A DNA stretch of 64,000 nt from an uncultured delta proteobacterium (GCA_963778655.1 CAVZVA010000005.1:384001-448000), one strand, 5' to 3'. Shown: positions 48,071-60,985, counted from the first letter of the stretch. Notes: generated from the sequence alone by a model not told the origin. Translations and numbers: made by a program.

Positions 48071-49378
48071 ATGCAGAAGCCGCTCTTTTCCGGACCCGCG
48101 AACGGTACTCCGATCACCATGGGCGACGACGGTCGCCTGCGGGTGCCCGACCAGCCCATCGTCCCGTTCATCGAGGGCGATGGCACCGGCCCCGACATTT
48201 GGCGTGCATCGCAGCGCGTCCTCGACGGCGCGGTGGCGAAGGCCTACGGCGGCAAGCGCAAGATCGCCTGGTGGGAGGTCTACGCCGGAGAGAAGTCCTT
48301 CAAGCAGTTCAACACCTGGCTGCCCGACGAGACCGTCGAGGGCTTCCGCAAGTACCTGGTCGGCATCAAGGGGCCGCTGACCACCCCGATCGGGGGCGGC
48401 ATCCGCTCGCTCAACGTGGCGCTGCGCCAGATGCTCGACCTGTACGTGTGCCTGCGGCCGGTGCGCTGGTTCGAGGGCGTGCCCTCGCCGGTCAAGGCGC
48501 CGCAAGACGTCGACATGGTGATCTTCCGCGAGAACACCGAGGACATCTACGCCGGCATCGAGTTCGAGGCGGGCAGCGACGACACCAAGCAGCTGCTGGC
48601 GATGATCGCGCAGCACTTCCCCGACCGCTACGAGCGCATCCGCTTCCCAGAGAGCACCGCGCTCGGCATCAAGCCGGTGTCGCGGGAAGGCACCGAGCGG
48701 TTGGTGCGCGCGGCGATCGAGTACGCGCTGCGCAACGGCCGCAAGAGTGTAACCTTCGTCCACAAGGGCAATATCATGAAGTTCACCGAGGGTGCGTTCC
48801 GCAACTGGGGCTACGCCCTGGCCGAGCGCGAGTTCGGGGACAAGGTCTACAGCTGGGAGCAATGGGAGCGCACCAAGGGCAAGCAGGGCGAGGACGCGGC
48901 CAACGCCGAGCAGAGCGCGGCGCTCAAGGGCGGCAAGCTGTTGATCAAGGACGCGATCGCGGACATCACACTGCAGCAGGTACTGACGCGGCCGCGCGAT
49001 TTCGACGTGATCGCGACGCTCAACCTCAACGGCGACTACCTGTCGGACGCGCTGGCCGCGCAGGTGGGGGGCATCGGCATCGCGCCGGGCGGCAACATCA
49101 ACTACGTGACGGGGCACGCCATCTTCGAGGCCACTCACGGCACCGCGCCCAAGTACGCCGACAAGGACGTGGTCAACCCGGGCTCGGTGACGCTCAGCGG
49201 CGAAATGATGCTGCGGTACATGGGCTGGCCCGAGGCCGCGGACCTGGTGCTCAAGGGCCTGGACGGAGCGATCGCGGCCAAGACGGTAACCTATGACTTC
49301 CACCGCCAGATGCAGGGCGCCAAGAAGGTCAAGTGCTCGGAGTTCGGCAGCGAAGTCATCAAGCACATGAACGACTGA
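48071..49378 (+). CDS. icd: NADP-dependent isocitrate dehydrogenase
   Basis: '[11 protein letters not shown]', 'IKGPLTTP', 'RSLNVALRQ', 'HKGNIMK', 'NLNGDY', '[11 protein letters not shown]'. Confidence 0.97.
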   Translation: MQKPLFSGPANGTPITMGDDGRLRVPDQPIVPFIEGDGTGPDIWRASQRVLDGAVAKAYGGKRKIAWWEVYAGEKSFKQFNTWLPDETVEGFRKYLVGIKGPLTTPIGGGIRSLNVALRQMLDLYVCLRPVRWFEGVPSPVKAPQDVDMVIFRENTEDIYAGIEFEAGSDDTKQLLAMIAQHFPDRYERIRFPESTALGIKPVSREGTERLVRAAIEYALRNGRKSVTFVHKGNIMKFTEGAFRNWGYALAEREFGDKVYSWEQWERTKGKQGEDAANAEQSAALKGGKLLIKDAIADITLQQVLTRPRDFDVIATLNLNGDYLSDALAAQVGGIGIAPGGNINYVTGHAIFEATHGTAPKYADKDVVNPGSVTLSGEMMLRYMGWPEAADLVLKGLDGAIAAKTVTYDFHRQMQGAKKVKCSEFGSEVIKHMND

Positions 49379-50353
<975 letters not shown>

Positions 50354-50375
50354 GCCAAAGGCGAAGGAGACCCGG

Positions 50376-51554
<1,179 letters not shown>

Positions 51555-51556
51555 CG

Positions 51557-52429
51557 GTGGCCATCCTCGTCAACGCCGACACCAAGGTTCTGGTGCAAGG
51601 CATCACCGGCGCGTACGGCGCCAATCACACCCGCTGGTGCATGGAGTACGGCACCAAGGTGGTCGCGGGCGTCACTCCTGGCAAAGGCGGCCAGAAGTTC
51701 GAGGACAAGGTCCCGATCTTCAATACCGTGGTGGAGGCTGCGGAAAAGAGCGGTGCGAACGCCTCGATGATCTTCGTGCCGCCGCCGTTCGCGGCCGACG
51801 CCATCCTCGAGGCGATCGACGCCGGCATCGAGCTGGTGGCGTGCATCACCGAGGGCATTCCGGCAACCGACATGATCAAGGTACGCCGCGTGCTCGACGG
51901 CCAGGGCCGCACGCGCCTGGTCGGGCCCAACTGCCCGGGTGTGATCACGCCCGGGCAGTGCAAGATCGGGATCATGCCGGGCCACATCCACAAGCCCGGC
52001 CAGGTGGGCGTGGTCTCGCGCAGCGGCACGCTGACCTACGAGGCGGTGGGGCAGCTCACTGCGCTCGGCATTGGCCAGAGCAGCTGTGTGGGGATCGGCG
52101 GCGACCCGGTCAACGGCACCGACTTCGTCGACGTGCTCGAGCTGTTCAACGCCGACCCGGACACGCGCGCGGTGATCATGATCGGCGAGATCGGCGGCAG
52201 CGCCGAGGAGAAGGCCGCCGACTACATCAAGCACGACTTCAAGAAGCCGGTGTGCGGCTTCATCGCCGGCACCACCGCGCCGCCCGGCAAGCGCATGGGC
52301 CATGCCGGCGCGATCATCTCGGGCGGCAAGGGTACCGCCAAGGACAAGATCGCCGCGCTGCAGGCGGCGGGCGTCAAGATCGCGCCCACGCCCTCGGATC
52401 TCGGCACCACCCTGAAGTCGCTATTGTGA
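51557..52429 (+). CDS. sucD: Succinyl-CoA synthetase alpha subunit
   Basis: 'QGITG', 'GPNCPG', 'SRSGTLTYE', 'RMGHAGA'. Confidence 0.97.
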   Translation: MAILVNADTKVLVQGITGAYGANHTRWCMEYGTKVVAGVTPGKGGQKFEDKVPIFNTVVEAAEKSGANASMIFVPPPFAADAILEAIDAGIELVACITEGIPATDMIKVRRVLDGQGRTRLVGPNCPGVITPGQCKIGIMPGHIHKPGQVGVVSRSGTLTYEAVGQLTALGIGQSSCVGIGGDPVNGTDFVDVLELFNADPDTRAVIMIGEIGGSAEEKAADYIKHDFKKPVCGFIAGTTAPPGKRMGHAGAIISGGKGTAKDKIAALQAAGVKIAPTPSDLGTTLKSLL

Positions 52430-52449
52430 TGAGTCCAGCCTCGGAAACC

Positions 52450-52505
52450 GGAGCGAAGGAAGTCGGAGCGAAGCGACCTAGCGGAAGGGGCGCGTGCCCA
52501 TTCCG
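52450..52505. repeat. REP-like element, family B
   Basis: 'gagcgaagcgacctagcggaaggggcgcgtgcccattccg'. Confidence 0.5.
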
Positions 52506-52529
52506 ATCATAAAAAGGAGCTAGAACAAG

Positions 52530-52949
52530 ATGGCAGTCGAACGCACGCTCAGCATCGTCAAGCCGGACGCCGTGGAGAAGAACAGCATCGGCGGGATCGT
52601 GGCGATGATCGAGGCCGCCGGGTTGAAGGTGAAGGCGATGCGGATGGTGCGCCTGTCGCGCCCGCAGGCCGAGGGCTTCTATCACGTTCACCGAGAGCGG
52701 CCGTTCTTCGGCGAGCTGGTGCAGTTCATGACCCGCAGCCCTGTGGTGGTGATGTGCCTCGAGGGCGAGAACGCCATCGCGCGCTATCGCGAGGTGATGG
52801 GCGCCACCGATCCGGCCAAGGCCCCCGCTGGGACCATCCGCAAGAAATACGGCAGCAACATCGGCGAGAACGCCTGCCACGGCTCGGACAGCCCCGAGAC
52901 CGCGGCGTTCGAGGTGTCATACTTCTTTCCGGGCTACGAGCTCGGCTAG
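52530..52949 (+). CDS. ndk: Nucleoside diphosphate kinase
   Basis: '[12 protein letters not shown]', 'GATDP', 'NACHGSDS'; AAGGAG RBS. Confidence 0.97.
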   Translation: MAVERTLSIVKPDAVEKNSIGGIVAMIEAAGLKVKAMRMVRLSRPQAEGFYHVHRERPFFGELVQFMTRSPVVVMCLEGENAIARYREVMGATDPAKAPAGTIRKKYGSNIGENACHGSDSPETAAFEVSYFFPGYELG

Positions 52950-53040
52950 CCGGCGCGCTGTCCGCAGTTGGCGGCGCAAGCACCGTGCGTGCTCGCGCCT
53001 GCTAAGCTGGTGCGGTGCGCGCGGGCTTGGATCAGGGAGG

Positions 53041-53112
53041 ATCACAGCAAGACGGGAAGACGGGCAGCCCGGATCGAACTGGTTCTTCCCGCCTTCTCGC
53101 CTTCCTGTTTCA
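53041..53112. repeat. REP-like palindrome, family A
   Basis: 'acagcaagacgggaagacgggcag...cttcccgccttctcgccttcctgt'. Confidence 0.7.
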
Positions 53113-53119
53113 TGTTCGA

Positions 53120-54484
53120 GTGAGGCTTCTTTGCGCAGGATTGTGCGCCATGTCGGCGTGCGCCAGCGCGGGCACGCACGCGCCCACGGCGCGGACGCAT
53201 GCGCCCGTGGCCCAGGTCGCGCAAACCGACCCTGCGCTCGAGCTGGCGGCGCAGCTGCCCGAGGGCGCGGATCGCTGCGTGGTGGCGCGCCCCTCGCGCC
53301 TGGACCCGGCCCAGCGCGCGCTGCTCTCCAGGATCAGTCAGGCCGAGCCGTTCGCGTGGACGCCGGAGCTCGAGGTGGTGGCCTACGCCAGCGCCGAGCG
53401 TGACCGGCGCGCCGGCCCGCGCGGCAGCGTGAGCCTGCTGTGGGTGGCGGCGCCGCAGTCCCGGGTGCGCGCGGTGCTCGACGCGCGCGCCGGCCTCGAG
53501 CTGGCCTGGGACGAGCCCGCGCGCCCTTGTGGGCCGGCCACATGCCCCGCGCGCGCGCGCTTCGTCGCCGCGCACCTGCTGCGGATCGAGCACGGCAGCT
53601 TCCCCCTGGCCTCCGGGCCGGGCGCCGAGCGTCACTGCCAGCGGATGGCGGAGCGCAACCCGGACGCGCTCGAGCTGGGCTTCATGCGCAACCGCAGCCT
53701 GCGCAGCCTGAGCTTCGGCGGGCTGCCGCTCACCGCCAGCGCAGTGCTGCACGCGGGCCCCTCGGGAGTGCACGTCGCGCGCGTCGACCTGATGCGAAGC
53801 ATGGAGGAAGCCGCGCGCGTGCGTGACGACCCGATGGCGGCCGACGTGCTGCTGTGGCCGGTCGGCTCGATCGGCAGCAACGTGCGGCGCGAGCAGGTCG
53901 ACGCCGAGCTGCACACCGACTACGACGTGATGTGGGAGGACTTGCAGCTGGTGCGCGACGACGAGGCGCGGATGCAGGCGGCCGAGCAGGAAGCCGTCGC
54001 CCTGGTGCATGCTGCGCCCGATGGCCACGGCGACCCGGTGCGCCGGCGCGACGTGCTTGCCGAGCTCGGCTATCGGCTGGATGCGCTGCAGCGCAGCGCG
54101 GGCGACGCGCGTCGCGCGCAGGCCGAGGCCGCGCGCGCGCTGCTGGAGGGCGCGCTCTCGCGTACGCCCGACGACGAGACGCTGGCGCTGCTGCTCTCGG
54201 AGCTGCTGCTGCGCGAGCTGCACGACGGCGGACCGGTGTGCGAGCTGGCGCGACGCTTCGCGCTGGCGGGACCGGCGTCGCAGGCGCGCTGGGGCCTGCT
54301 ATGCCGGAATGCGTCGGCGCTGGCGGGCGTGGAGGCGCTGGCGGCTGCGCTGGTCCAGGACCATCTGGTCGGGCGGCACGCGGGGCAGACCGCCGCCGGC
54401 GCGATCCTCTCGAAGCTGCGCGAGGGCGTGCCCTACGAGCAGGCCGAGCGCGCGGTTCTGGCTCCGCTCAAGCCCGCGCCCTGA
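53120..54484 (+). CDS. Hypothetical lipoprotein
   Basis: Long ORF with host codon bias; lipobox-like 'MSAC'; start uncertain. Confidence 0.6.
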   Translation: MRLLCAGLCAMSACASAGTHAPTARTHAPVAQVAQTDPALELAAQLPEGADRCVVARPSRLDPAQRALLSRISQAEPFAWTPELEVVAYASAERDRRAGPRGSVSLLWVAAPQSRVRAVLDARAGLELAWDEPARPCGPATCPARARFVAAHLLRIEHGSFPLASGPGAERHCQRMAERNPDALELGFMRNRSLRSLSFGGLPLTASAVLHAGPSGVHVARVDLMRSMEEAARVRDDPMAADVLLWPVGSIGSNVRREQVDAELHTDYDVMWEDLQLVRDDEARMQAAEQEAVALVHAAPDGHGDPVRRRDVLAELGYRLDALQRSAGDARRAQAEAARALLEGALSRTPDDETLALLLSELLLRELHDGGPVCELARRFALAGPASQARWGLLCRNASALAGVEALAAALVQDHLVGRHAGQTAAGAILSKLREGVPYEQAERAVLAPLKPAP

Positions 54485-54584
54485 GCGCCGCGGCGCTCGG
54501 GGGCGCGAGCCGGGGTGGCGCCGCGGCCTCCGTGGGACTACGTAGAGTGCTGATACGTTCCCGCAGCAGCCGTACCCACGAGCC

Positions 54585-56426
54585 ATGGACACACGCGGAA
54601 GACTGACGCTGACGTACGTGGTGCTGGCGGTGCTCGCGCTGCTGGCGGTGCAGTCGCTGCTCAAGACCCACGACGTCACCGAGCTGCCATACAGCCAGTT
54701 TCACGCGCTGCTGCAGCAGAAGAAGCTCAAGGATCTGGTCGTGTTCAACGACGAGATCCGCGGCTCTTTCGTCAAGGCGGAGAAGGGCAAGACGCAGTTC
54801 GTGACGCGAAGGGTCGACCCGGCGCTGGCCAAGGAGCTGGATCAATCCGGGGTCAAGTACAGCCAGGGCCAGCAGAGCGAGGTGTTGCCCGCGATCTTGT
54901 CGTGGGTGCTGCCGATGCTGCTGCTGTTCGGGGTGTGGATGTTCGCCATGCGGCGGATGGCGCAGGCGCCGACCTCGGGGCTGATGACGATCGGCAAGAG
55001 CAAGGCCAAGGTCTACATGGAAAAGGAGACCGGCGTGACCTTCGCGGACGTCGCCGGGGTGGACGAGGCCAAGGCCGAGCTGCAGGAGGTGGTGGCCTTT
55101 CTCAAGGACCCGCAGGGTTACGGCCGGCTGGGCGCGCGCATGCCCAAGGGCGTGCTGCTGGTGGGACCGCCCGGCACCGGGAAGACGCTGCTGGCGCGCG
55201 CAGTCGCCGGCGAGGCCGGGGTGCCGTTCTTCTCGATCAGCGGCTCGGCGTTCGTGGAGCTGTTCGTCGGCGTGGGCGCGGCGCGCGTGCGCGACCTGTT
55301 CGAGCAGGCGAGGCAAAAGGCGCCCTGCATCATCTTCGTCGACGAGCTGGATGCGCTGGGCAGGGCGCGCGGGGCGGCGCAGTCGATGGGCGGCCACGAC
55401 GAAAAGGAGCAGACGCTCAACCAGCTGCTGGTGGAGCTCGACGGCTTCGATTCGACCAGCGGCATCGTGCTGCTCGCGGCCACCAACCGTCCCGAGATCC
55501 TCGACCCGGCGCTGCTGCGCGCCGGGCGCTTCGACCGCCAGGTGCTGGTCGACCGGCCCGACCGCAAGGGCAGGGTCGACATCCTGCGCGTGCACGCCAA
55601 GAAGATCACCCTCGAGGAGGGCCTGGACCTGGAGCAGGTTGCCGCGCTCACGCCCGGCTTCACCGGCGCCGATCTGGCGAACCTGGTCAACGAGGCCGCG
55701 CTGGCCGCCACGCGCCGCAGCGCCCAGGCCGTCAGCCTGGGCGACTTCACGGTGGCGGTCGAGCGCATCGTGGCCGGGCTGGAGAAGCGCAACCGCCTGC
55801 TGAACCCGCTCGAGCGCCGGATCGTGGCGCACCACGAGATGGGCCACGCGCTGGTCGCTGCGGCGATTCCCGGCGTCGACCCGGTGCAGAAGATCTCGAT
55901 CATCCCGCGCGGTATCGGTGCGCTCGGCTACACCATCCAGCGGCCCATCGAGGATCGCTATCTGATGACGCAAGGCGAGCTGGAGAACAAGATGGCGGTG
56001 CTGCTGGGAGGGCGCGCGGCCGAGAGCCTGATGTTCGAGCGCGTCTCGACCGGCGCCACCGACGACCTGGTCAAGGCGACCGACGTGGCGCGCAGCATGG
56101 CCACCCAGTACGGAATGGTGCCGGACCTCGGCCCCGTGAGCTATGAGCAGGGCGACCAGGGCTACCTGATTCCCGGAATGCTGGTGCCGCGGCGCGGCTA
56201 CAGCGAGGCGACTGCGCGCGAGATCGACGCCGCGATCAAGCGCAGCGTCGAGCGCGCGTTCACGCGCGCCAAGGAGATCCTCTCGCGCAACCGCGCGCTG
56301 TTGGAGCGCGGCGCCGCCGAGCTGCTCGAGCACGAGACGCTCGAGGACGGGCAGCTCAAGCAGCTGTTCGACCAGGTGCGGCGCGGCCCGGCCAGCGCCG
56401 CACCGGCCGCGGCCGTGGGGGAGTGA
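54585..56426 (+). CDS. ftsH: ATP-dependent zinc metalloprotease FtsH
   Basis: Two TM helices; 'GPPGTGKT', 'IIFVDELD', SRH '[20 protein letters not shown]', 'HEMGH'. Confidence 0.95.
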   Translation: MDTRGRLTLTYVVLAVLALLAVQSLLKTHDVTELPYSQFHALLQQKKLKDLVVFNDEIRGSFVKAEKGKTQFVTRRVDPALAKELDQSGVKYSQGQQSEVLPAILSWVLPMLLLFGVWMFAMRRMAQAPTSGLMTIGKSKAKVYMEKETGVTFADVAGVDEAKAELQEVVAFLKDPQGYGRLGARMPKGVLLVGPPGTGKTLLARAVAGEAGVPFFSISGSAFVELFVGVGAARVRDLFEQARQKAPCIIFVDELDALGRARGAAQSMGGHDEKEQTLNQLLVELDGFDSTSGIVLLAATNRPEILDPALLRAGRFDRQVLVDRPDRKGRVDILRVHAKKITLEEGLDLEQVAALTPGFTGADLANLVNEAALAATRRSAQAVSLGDFTVAVERIVAGLEKRNRLLNPLERRIVAHHEMGHALVAAAIPGVDPVQKISIIPRGIGALGYTIQRPIEDRYLMTQGELENKMAVLLGGRAAESLMFERVSTGATDDLVKATDVARSMATQYGMVPDLGPVSYEQGDQGYLIPGMLVPRRGYSEATAREIDAAIKRSVERAFTRAKEILSRNRALLERGAAELLEHETLEDGQLKQLFDQVRRGPASAAPAAAVGE

Positions 56427-56430
56427 GGCT

Positions 56431-58431
56431 TCAGCCGGCGTCGCGCAGGGGGCGCGCGGCCTCTCCCAGCGCCCACAGCGGGAAGATCTCCAGGTAGTTG
56501 TCGTAGTGGATCGCGCAGGTGCGGTTGAACATCCCGGCGATGTGCTCCTCGGGCCAGCTGCCGTCCGCGCGCTGCCGGCGCAGCAGGAATGCGAGGCCGC
56601 GCTCGACCGCGCTCGACTGGCGCTGTCCGGCGGCCATCAGCGCGAGCAGGGCCCACGCGGTCATCACCGCCTGGCCGCCCTCGGCCTGCACGTAGCGGTG
56701 CTGACGGCAGCTCTCCGCCAGCTCACCCCAGCCGCCGTCCGGCAGCTGCTTGGCGCGCAGTAGCTCGCAGGCGCGCTGCAGCGCAGGGTGCTGCGGCGGC
56801 AGCCCGGCCGCGCGCAGCCCGAGCACGCCGAACCAGGTGCCGTAGGTGAAGCAGATGCCCCACGAGCCCTCCCACGAGCCGTCCGGTCGCTGCGCGCGCA
56901 GCAGGAAGTCCCGCCCGCGCAACAGCGCGCGCCCGATCGCGGCGTCCTTGCGGCCCGGGTAGCGCGCGCGGAACGCGGCCAGCGCCTGCATGCACGCCGA
57001 GCTGCACTCGACGAACGAGTAGTCGATCATGATGTCGCCGAAGCAGTCGGACGGATTGAGTCGCTCGAGCCAGCGCGGGCCGCGCGTGCGCTCGTAGGTC
57101 GCCCAGCCACCGTCGTCGTTCTGCATCCACAGCATCAGCTCGACTGCCTCGAGCAATCGCGGCTCGGACAGAGGCTGCGCGACCAGCGGTGCGAGCAGCA
57201 GGCTGGCCTTGACGCCCTCTGCCGTGCAATCGGTGATCGGCCAGCCGTGCGCCCGGGTGGAGAACGGCCAGCCGCCCTTGGAGGGGTCGCGGTAGCAGCG
57301 CGCGCGCTCTGGCACGTCCTCGCGCACCTGGCTGCGGTCGATGTGGCCGTGCGCGCGCTCCAGCAGCGGGCGCCGCGCCTCGGCATGCCCGCTGTGCACC
57401 ACGGCCTGCACGGCGAACGCCGTGTCCCACAGCTCCGAGGAGTTGTAGCCCTGCATCTTCACGCCGTCGCGCGCGCGGTAGAGGTAGTCGGGCATCCGAT
57501 CGAGGTGTCGCTGCAGCCGCTCGCTCGCGTTGCGCTCGAAGAACCACACCAGCGTGTGCAGCAGCTTGTTGACCGGGCCGATGCAGATGTAGTCGGTGTT
57601 GCGATCCTCGGCGGCGATTTGCTCGAGCACGAATCCGATCGCGCGCTCGCGTAGCGCGCGGCTGGCGCGCTTCTCGTAGGCGAGCAGCACGCGGTTCACC
57701 GTCGAAAACAGCCGCGAGTGCGGCACGTAGGCGTCGCTCTCCGCCACGCGGTCGCGCGCCGCCACCCAGTCGATCTCGTCGTAGGGCTGCGCGTACAGCT
57801 CGGCGCGCAGGGCTGTCCCGAGCGCGCCCAGGTCGGCGCGCGCCCGGCGGCCGTACAGGTACGACATCGGCAAGTAGACCATCCGGCAGTGGCACCACAG
57901 CCGCGACGGGTGCACGGGCAGCGCCTCGGGCAGCAGCCACAGCTCGGGCGGCACCGGGTTGAGCCCATCCCAGGCGTAAAGGCCGAGCAGCGCCAGGAAG
58001 AACTTGCCCCAGGAGGCGGCCGCGAGCGGACCACCCTGACTGCCCAGCCACTGCCGCGCCTGAGGCATGCGCTCGGCGTCGGGCGCCACCTCCAGCAGCC
58101 GCAGCGCGACGTAGCACAGCGAGGTGGTGAACACGTGGCTGTGGCCTTCCACGTGCAGGCCGAAGCCGCCGTCCGCGTTCTGGTGCGCGAGCAGGTAGCG
58201 CGCCATTTCGCGCGCCGTCGCCTGGTCGATGTTCAGGCCGACCACGCGCGCCACGCCGATGTACATCGGCAGCAGGAACAGCGGCCCGCCGTAGTCGCCG
58301 GGCCATGCGCCCTGCTCGTCCTGCTGCGCCTGCATGAAGTCGAGCGCGCTCTCGATCGCGCGCTCCAGCTCGGACAGTCCGGCTGCACCGGCCCGCGCAC
58401 GGCGCGACGCTTCAGAAGCCGCGATTTGCAC
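56431..58431 (-). CDS. osc: Oxidosqualene cyclase, cycloartenol-synthase type
   Basis: 'WPGDYGGPLFLLP', 'HQNADGGFGLHVEG', 'WCHCRMVYLPMSY', 'MQGYN', 'HGWPITDCTAEG', several QW motifs; GTG start after AGGAG. Confidence 0.94.
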   Translation of the reverse strand: MQIAASEASRRARAGAAGLSELERAIESALDFMQAQQDEQGAWPGDYGGPLFLLPMYIGVARVVGLNIDQATAREMARYLLAHQNADGGFGLHVEGHSHVFTTSLCYVALRLLEVAPDAERMPQARQWLGSQGGPLAAASWGKFFLALLGLYAWDGLNPVPPELWLLPEALPVHPSRLWCHCRMVYLPMSYLYGRRARADLGALGTALRAELYAQPYDEIDWVAARDRVAESDAYVPHSRLFSTVNRVLLAYEKRASRALRERAIGFVLEQIAAEDRNTDYICIGPVNKLLHTLVWFFERNASERLQRHLDRMPDYLYRARDGVKMQGYNSSELWDTAFAVQAVVHSGHAEARRPLLERAHGHIDRSQVREDVPERARCYRDPSKGGWPFSTRAHGWPITDCTAEGVKASLLLAPLVAQPLSEPRLLEAVELMLWMQNDDGGWATYERTRGPRWLERLNPSDCFGDIMIDYSFVECSSACMQALAAFRARYPGRKDAAIGRALLRGRDFLLRAQRPDGSWEGSWGICFTYGTWFGVLGLRAAGLPPQHPALQRACELLRAKQLPDGGWGELAESCRQHRYVQAEGGQAVMTAWALLALMAAGQRQSSAVERGLAFLLRRQRADGSWPEEHIAGMFNRTCAIHYDNYLEIFPLWALGEAARPLRDAG

Positions 58432-60985
58432 TTCTCGCTCCTGCTCCGGCCGCCGCGCTGCGCTCCACGCGCACCTCGCGCCCGCTGCCCAGATGCCACA
58501 GCTCCGCGTAGCCGGCACGCAGCTGGTCGTCGCGGTCGCAGTCGCGGGCGCAGCCGGTGATCAGGCGCTCCACCTCGTCGCGGCTGATCTTGACCGGCAT
58601 CCCCGGCGTGAACAGCGCGTCGTTGCCGCGCGCCCACACCCAGGTGCGCGCCGCCATCCACAGCGGAACCAGGCAGAACATGCGGATGCCGGCGTGAGCG
58701 GGTGGGATCGCCAGCGAGTACTCGAGCGCGTGGGCGAGCTGCTGCCGGGCCAGCTCGAACACCGGCGCCACCGCGCGGTGCGCCAGCTCGCGGCGCGCCG
58801 CGTCGGTTAGCTCGCGCGCCTCGATGCCCTGCTCTCCGCACGCGCTCTCGGGGATGAAGCACACACCGCGCTGGTGGTCCTCGGCGATGTCCTTGAGCAC
58901 GTTGACCAGCTGCAGCCCGGCGCCGAAATGCTCGGCGTGCAGGCGCAGCGCGCGCTCCTGCTGCAGCGACAACTCGCGGCCCAGGCGCGCAACGAACAGA
59001 TCGGTCAGCAGGTGGCCGACCGTGCCCGCGACGAAGTAGCAGTAGCGCTCGAGGTCCGCGAGCGTGTGCAGCACCAGCAGCCCGTCACCGTTGCGCGTGC
59101 GATGGGTGTAGAGCTGCATCCCGCGCACCATCTCGGAGATCCAGCGGCGGCACGCCTCCTGCGCCGGCTCGCTCAGCGCGTGGCACACCCGCATCACGCA
59201 CGGCAGGTTGCGCGCCAGCTCCAGCTCGGCGTCGTCTCCTTCGATCGCGCAGAAGTGGCGCGCCAGCTCGCCCGGATCGGCGCCGCGCTCGAGCACGCCC
59301 AGCATGTGAGCGAACAGCGCGTCGCGCGCGTCGGTGCCGAGGTTGGGGTGGTCCTCGATGGTGTCGGCCACCCGGCACAGCAAGTAGCCGCAGGTGACGG
59401 CGCGCTCGAGGTCGTGCGGCAGCATGGAGATCGGCCGCGAGAACGTGCGCGAGACCGCCTGCAGGCTCTTCAGGCAGAAGGCCCAGTCGGCGCCGCCGCG
59501 CGGATCGCCGTCGTCCGCTGCCCGCAGCTGCAGCGGCTCGCTCGGGCCGGACGCGGCCGACTTGCCGTTGCCGCCGCCGTTGGCCGCGGGCGCAGCCGGC
59601 AGTGAGGCGATCTCGGGCGCGCCCGAGCTGGCGGCGCGCCGGCGCATGCGAGCGCCCGGCGGCAGCAGTCCCGAGAGCGGCCACTTGATCCACTCGCCGT
59701 ACGCGCCCAGCGCCGCCGGGATCGCGCGCAGGCCCTGCTCGCGCAGGCCGCTGCCCACGCTGTCGGCGACCGCGCCCAGCGCCATGCGCGTGAAGGTCGA
59801 GGCGAAGCGGTGCGGGGCGACCTCGTCGCCGGTCAGGATCTGCATCGTGCGGTGGCGCTCGGCCGGGCTCTGCCGCCACGCGCGATAGACCGCGCGCCGG
59901 ATCGCGACCGCGCTCGCGTCTTCGCGCGAGAACACCTGGTAGAGCGCGTTGCCGAGCAGCTCCGGGACGTAGCTCTGGGTGTCGCGCTGCTTGCGGTAGG
60001 CGTCCGGCTCGGCGCTCTGCGCCAGGGCCTCGGCGTCGAGGAACCCCTGGGTGAGCCCGGCGGCGGTCAGCGGGTGCAGGTGACCGACCGCGTCGCCTAC
60101 CAGCGCGAGCGCGCCGACGCCGTAGGTCACGCGCGGCTGGAAACGCGTCGCGGCCCAGCTGAGCGGTCCGTCCTGCACCGCGACGCGAAAGCGATCGCGA
60201 ATCGACGCGGGTATGCAGGGCGCGAAGCGCTCCCACAGAAACGCGCGCGTGCGTGCGGCCGGGCCGTGGCGCAGTGGCACGTCCAGACACATGCGCACCC
60301 GGTCTTCGCCGATGCGGTACATCAGCACGGGTCCGGGGCCGCCTAGGATCACGTGGCCGAAACCCTCGTGTGGTAGCGTCACCGCGCTCAGCTCGAGCGA
60401 AGCCATGTGGGAGAGCAGCGCGGAGCGCGGGCCGCCGATGCCTGCGGCGAGCGCCGATTTGCGACCGTCGGCGGCCACGATGCGCGCCGCGCTGAGCTCG
60501 TAGACGTGGCCCGCGCGCCGGTCTTCCACCCATAACCGGTTGGCCTCGACGCGGGTGACGCGCGCGTACGGCCGATACTCGACGCCCTCGCACGCGCGCG
60601 CCTGCTCGCGCAACGCGCGGACGATGCGCTCGTGCTCGCAGGCGAGCGCGGTCTCGCCGTCGGGGTAGGGCAGCAGCACCGGCTCGCCCCCGTCTTCGGG
60701 CAGCACCGCGAAACCGTAGCCGGTGCGCGCGCCCTCGCCGTCCAGGCGTCCCACGCGCAGGCGGTCGAGCACGGCCACCCCGGGCGGGTGGATCCACTCG
60801 CCGGCGAAACGCGCCGCTGCTCGCGGGTTCGCTTCGAGCAGCACCACGCGCGCGCCCCGGCGGGCCCAGGCGATCGCCGCCAGCGCGCCCACCGGGCCGC
60901 CGCCGACCACCGCCACATCGCGGCTGCCGGCCGGCGGGCTCAGCGTGGGTGGCGGTGCCGTTCGGCTCCTGATGAAGCTAACCAT
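58412..60985 (-). CDS. Fused squalene epoxidase (N-terminal) and squalene synthase (C-terminal)
   Basis: N-terminal: 'DVAVVGGGPVG', 'RFAGEWIHPPG', 'ADGRKS', 'GDAVGHLHPLTAAGLT'. C-terminal: 'VSRTF', 'YLLCRVADTIED', 'YCYFVAGTVG', 'GLQLVNVLKDIAED..RGVCFIP'. Confidence 0.88.
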   Translation of the reverse strand: MVSFIRSRTAPPPTLSPPAGSRDVAVVGGGPVGALAAIAWARRGARVVLLEANPRAAARFAGEWIHPPGVAVLDRLRVGRLDGEGARTGYGFAVLPEDGGEPVLLPYPDGETALACEHERIVRALREQARACEGVEYRPYARVTRVEANRLWVEDRRAGHVYELSAARIVAADGRKSALAAGIGGPRSALLSHMASLELSAVTLPHEGFGHVILGGPGPVLMYRIGEDRVRMCLDVPLRHGPAARTRAFLWERFAPCIPASIRDRFRVAVQDGPLSWAATRFQPRVTYGVGALALVGDAVGHLHPLTAAGLTQGFLDAEALAQSAEPDAYRKQRDTQSYVPELLGNALYQVFSREDASAVAIRRAVYRAWRQSPAERHRTMQILTGDEVAPHRFASTFTRMALGAVADSVGSGLREQGLRAIPAALGAYGEWIKWPLSGLLPPGARMRRRAASSGAPEIASLPAAPAANGGGNGKSAASGPSEPLQLRAADDGDPRGGADWAFCLKSLQAVSRTFSRPISMLPHDLERAVTCGYLLCRVADTIEDHPNLGTDARDALFAHMLGVLERGADPGELARHFCAIEGDDAELELARNLPCVMRVCHALSEPAQEACRRWISEMVRGMQLYTHRTRNGDGLLVLHTLADLERYCYFVAGTVGHLLTDLFVARLGRELSLQQERALRLHAEHFGAGLQLVNVLKDIAEDHQRGVCFIPESACGEQGIEARELTDAARRELAHRAVAPVFELARQQLAHALEYSLAIPPAHAGIRMFCLVPLWMAARTWVWARGNDALFTPGMPVKISRDEVERLITGCARDCDRDDQLRAGYAELWHLGSGREVRVERSAAAGAGARSANRGF

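Noticed and set aside
56431..58431. Squalene-hopene cyclase (hopanoid pathway)
   Set aside because: It has DCTAE instead of DxDD and is coupled to an epoxidase domain
58500..59490. Phytoene synthase of a carotenoid cluster
   Set aside because: The DTIED and YCYFVAGTVG motifs and the OSC context favour squalene synthase; no crt genes adjacent
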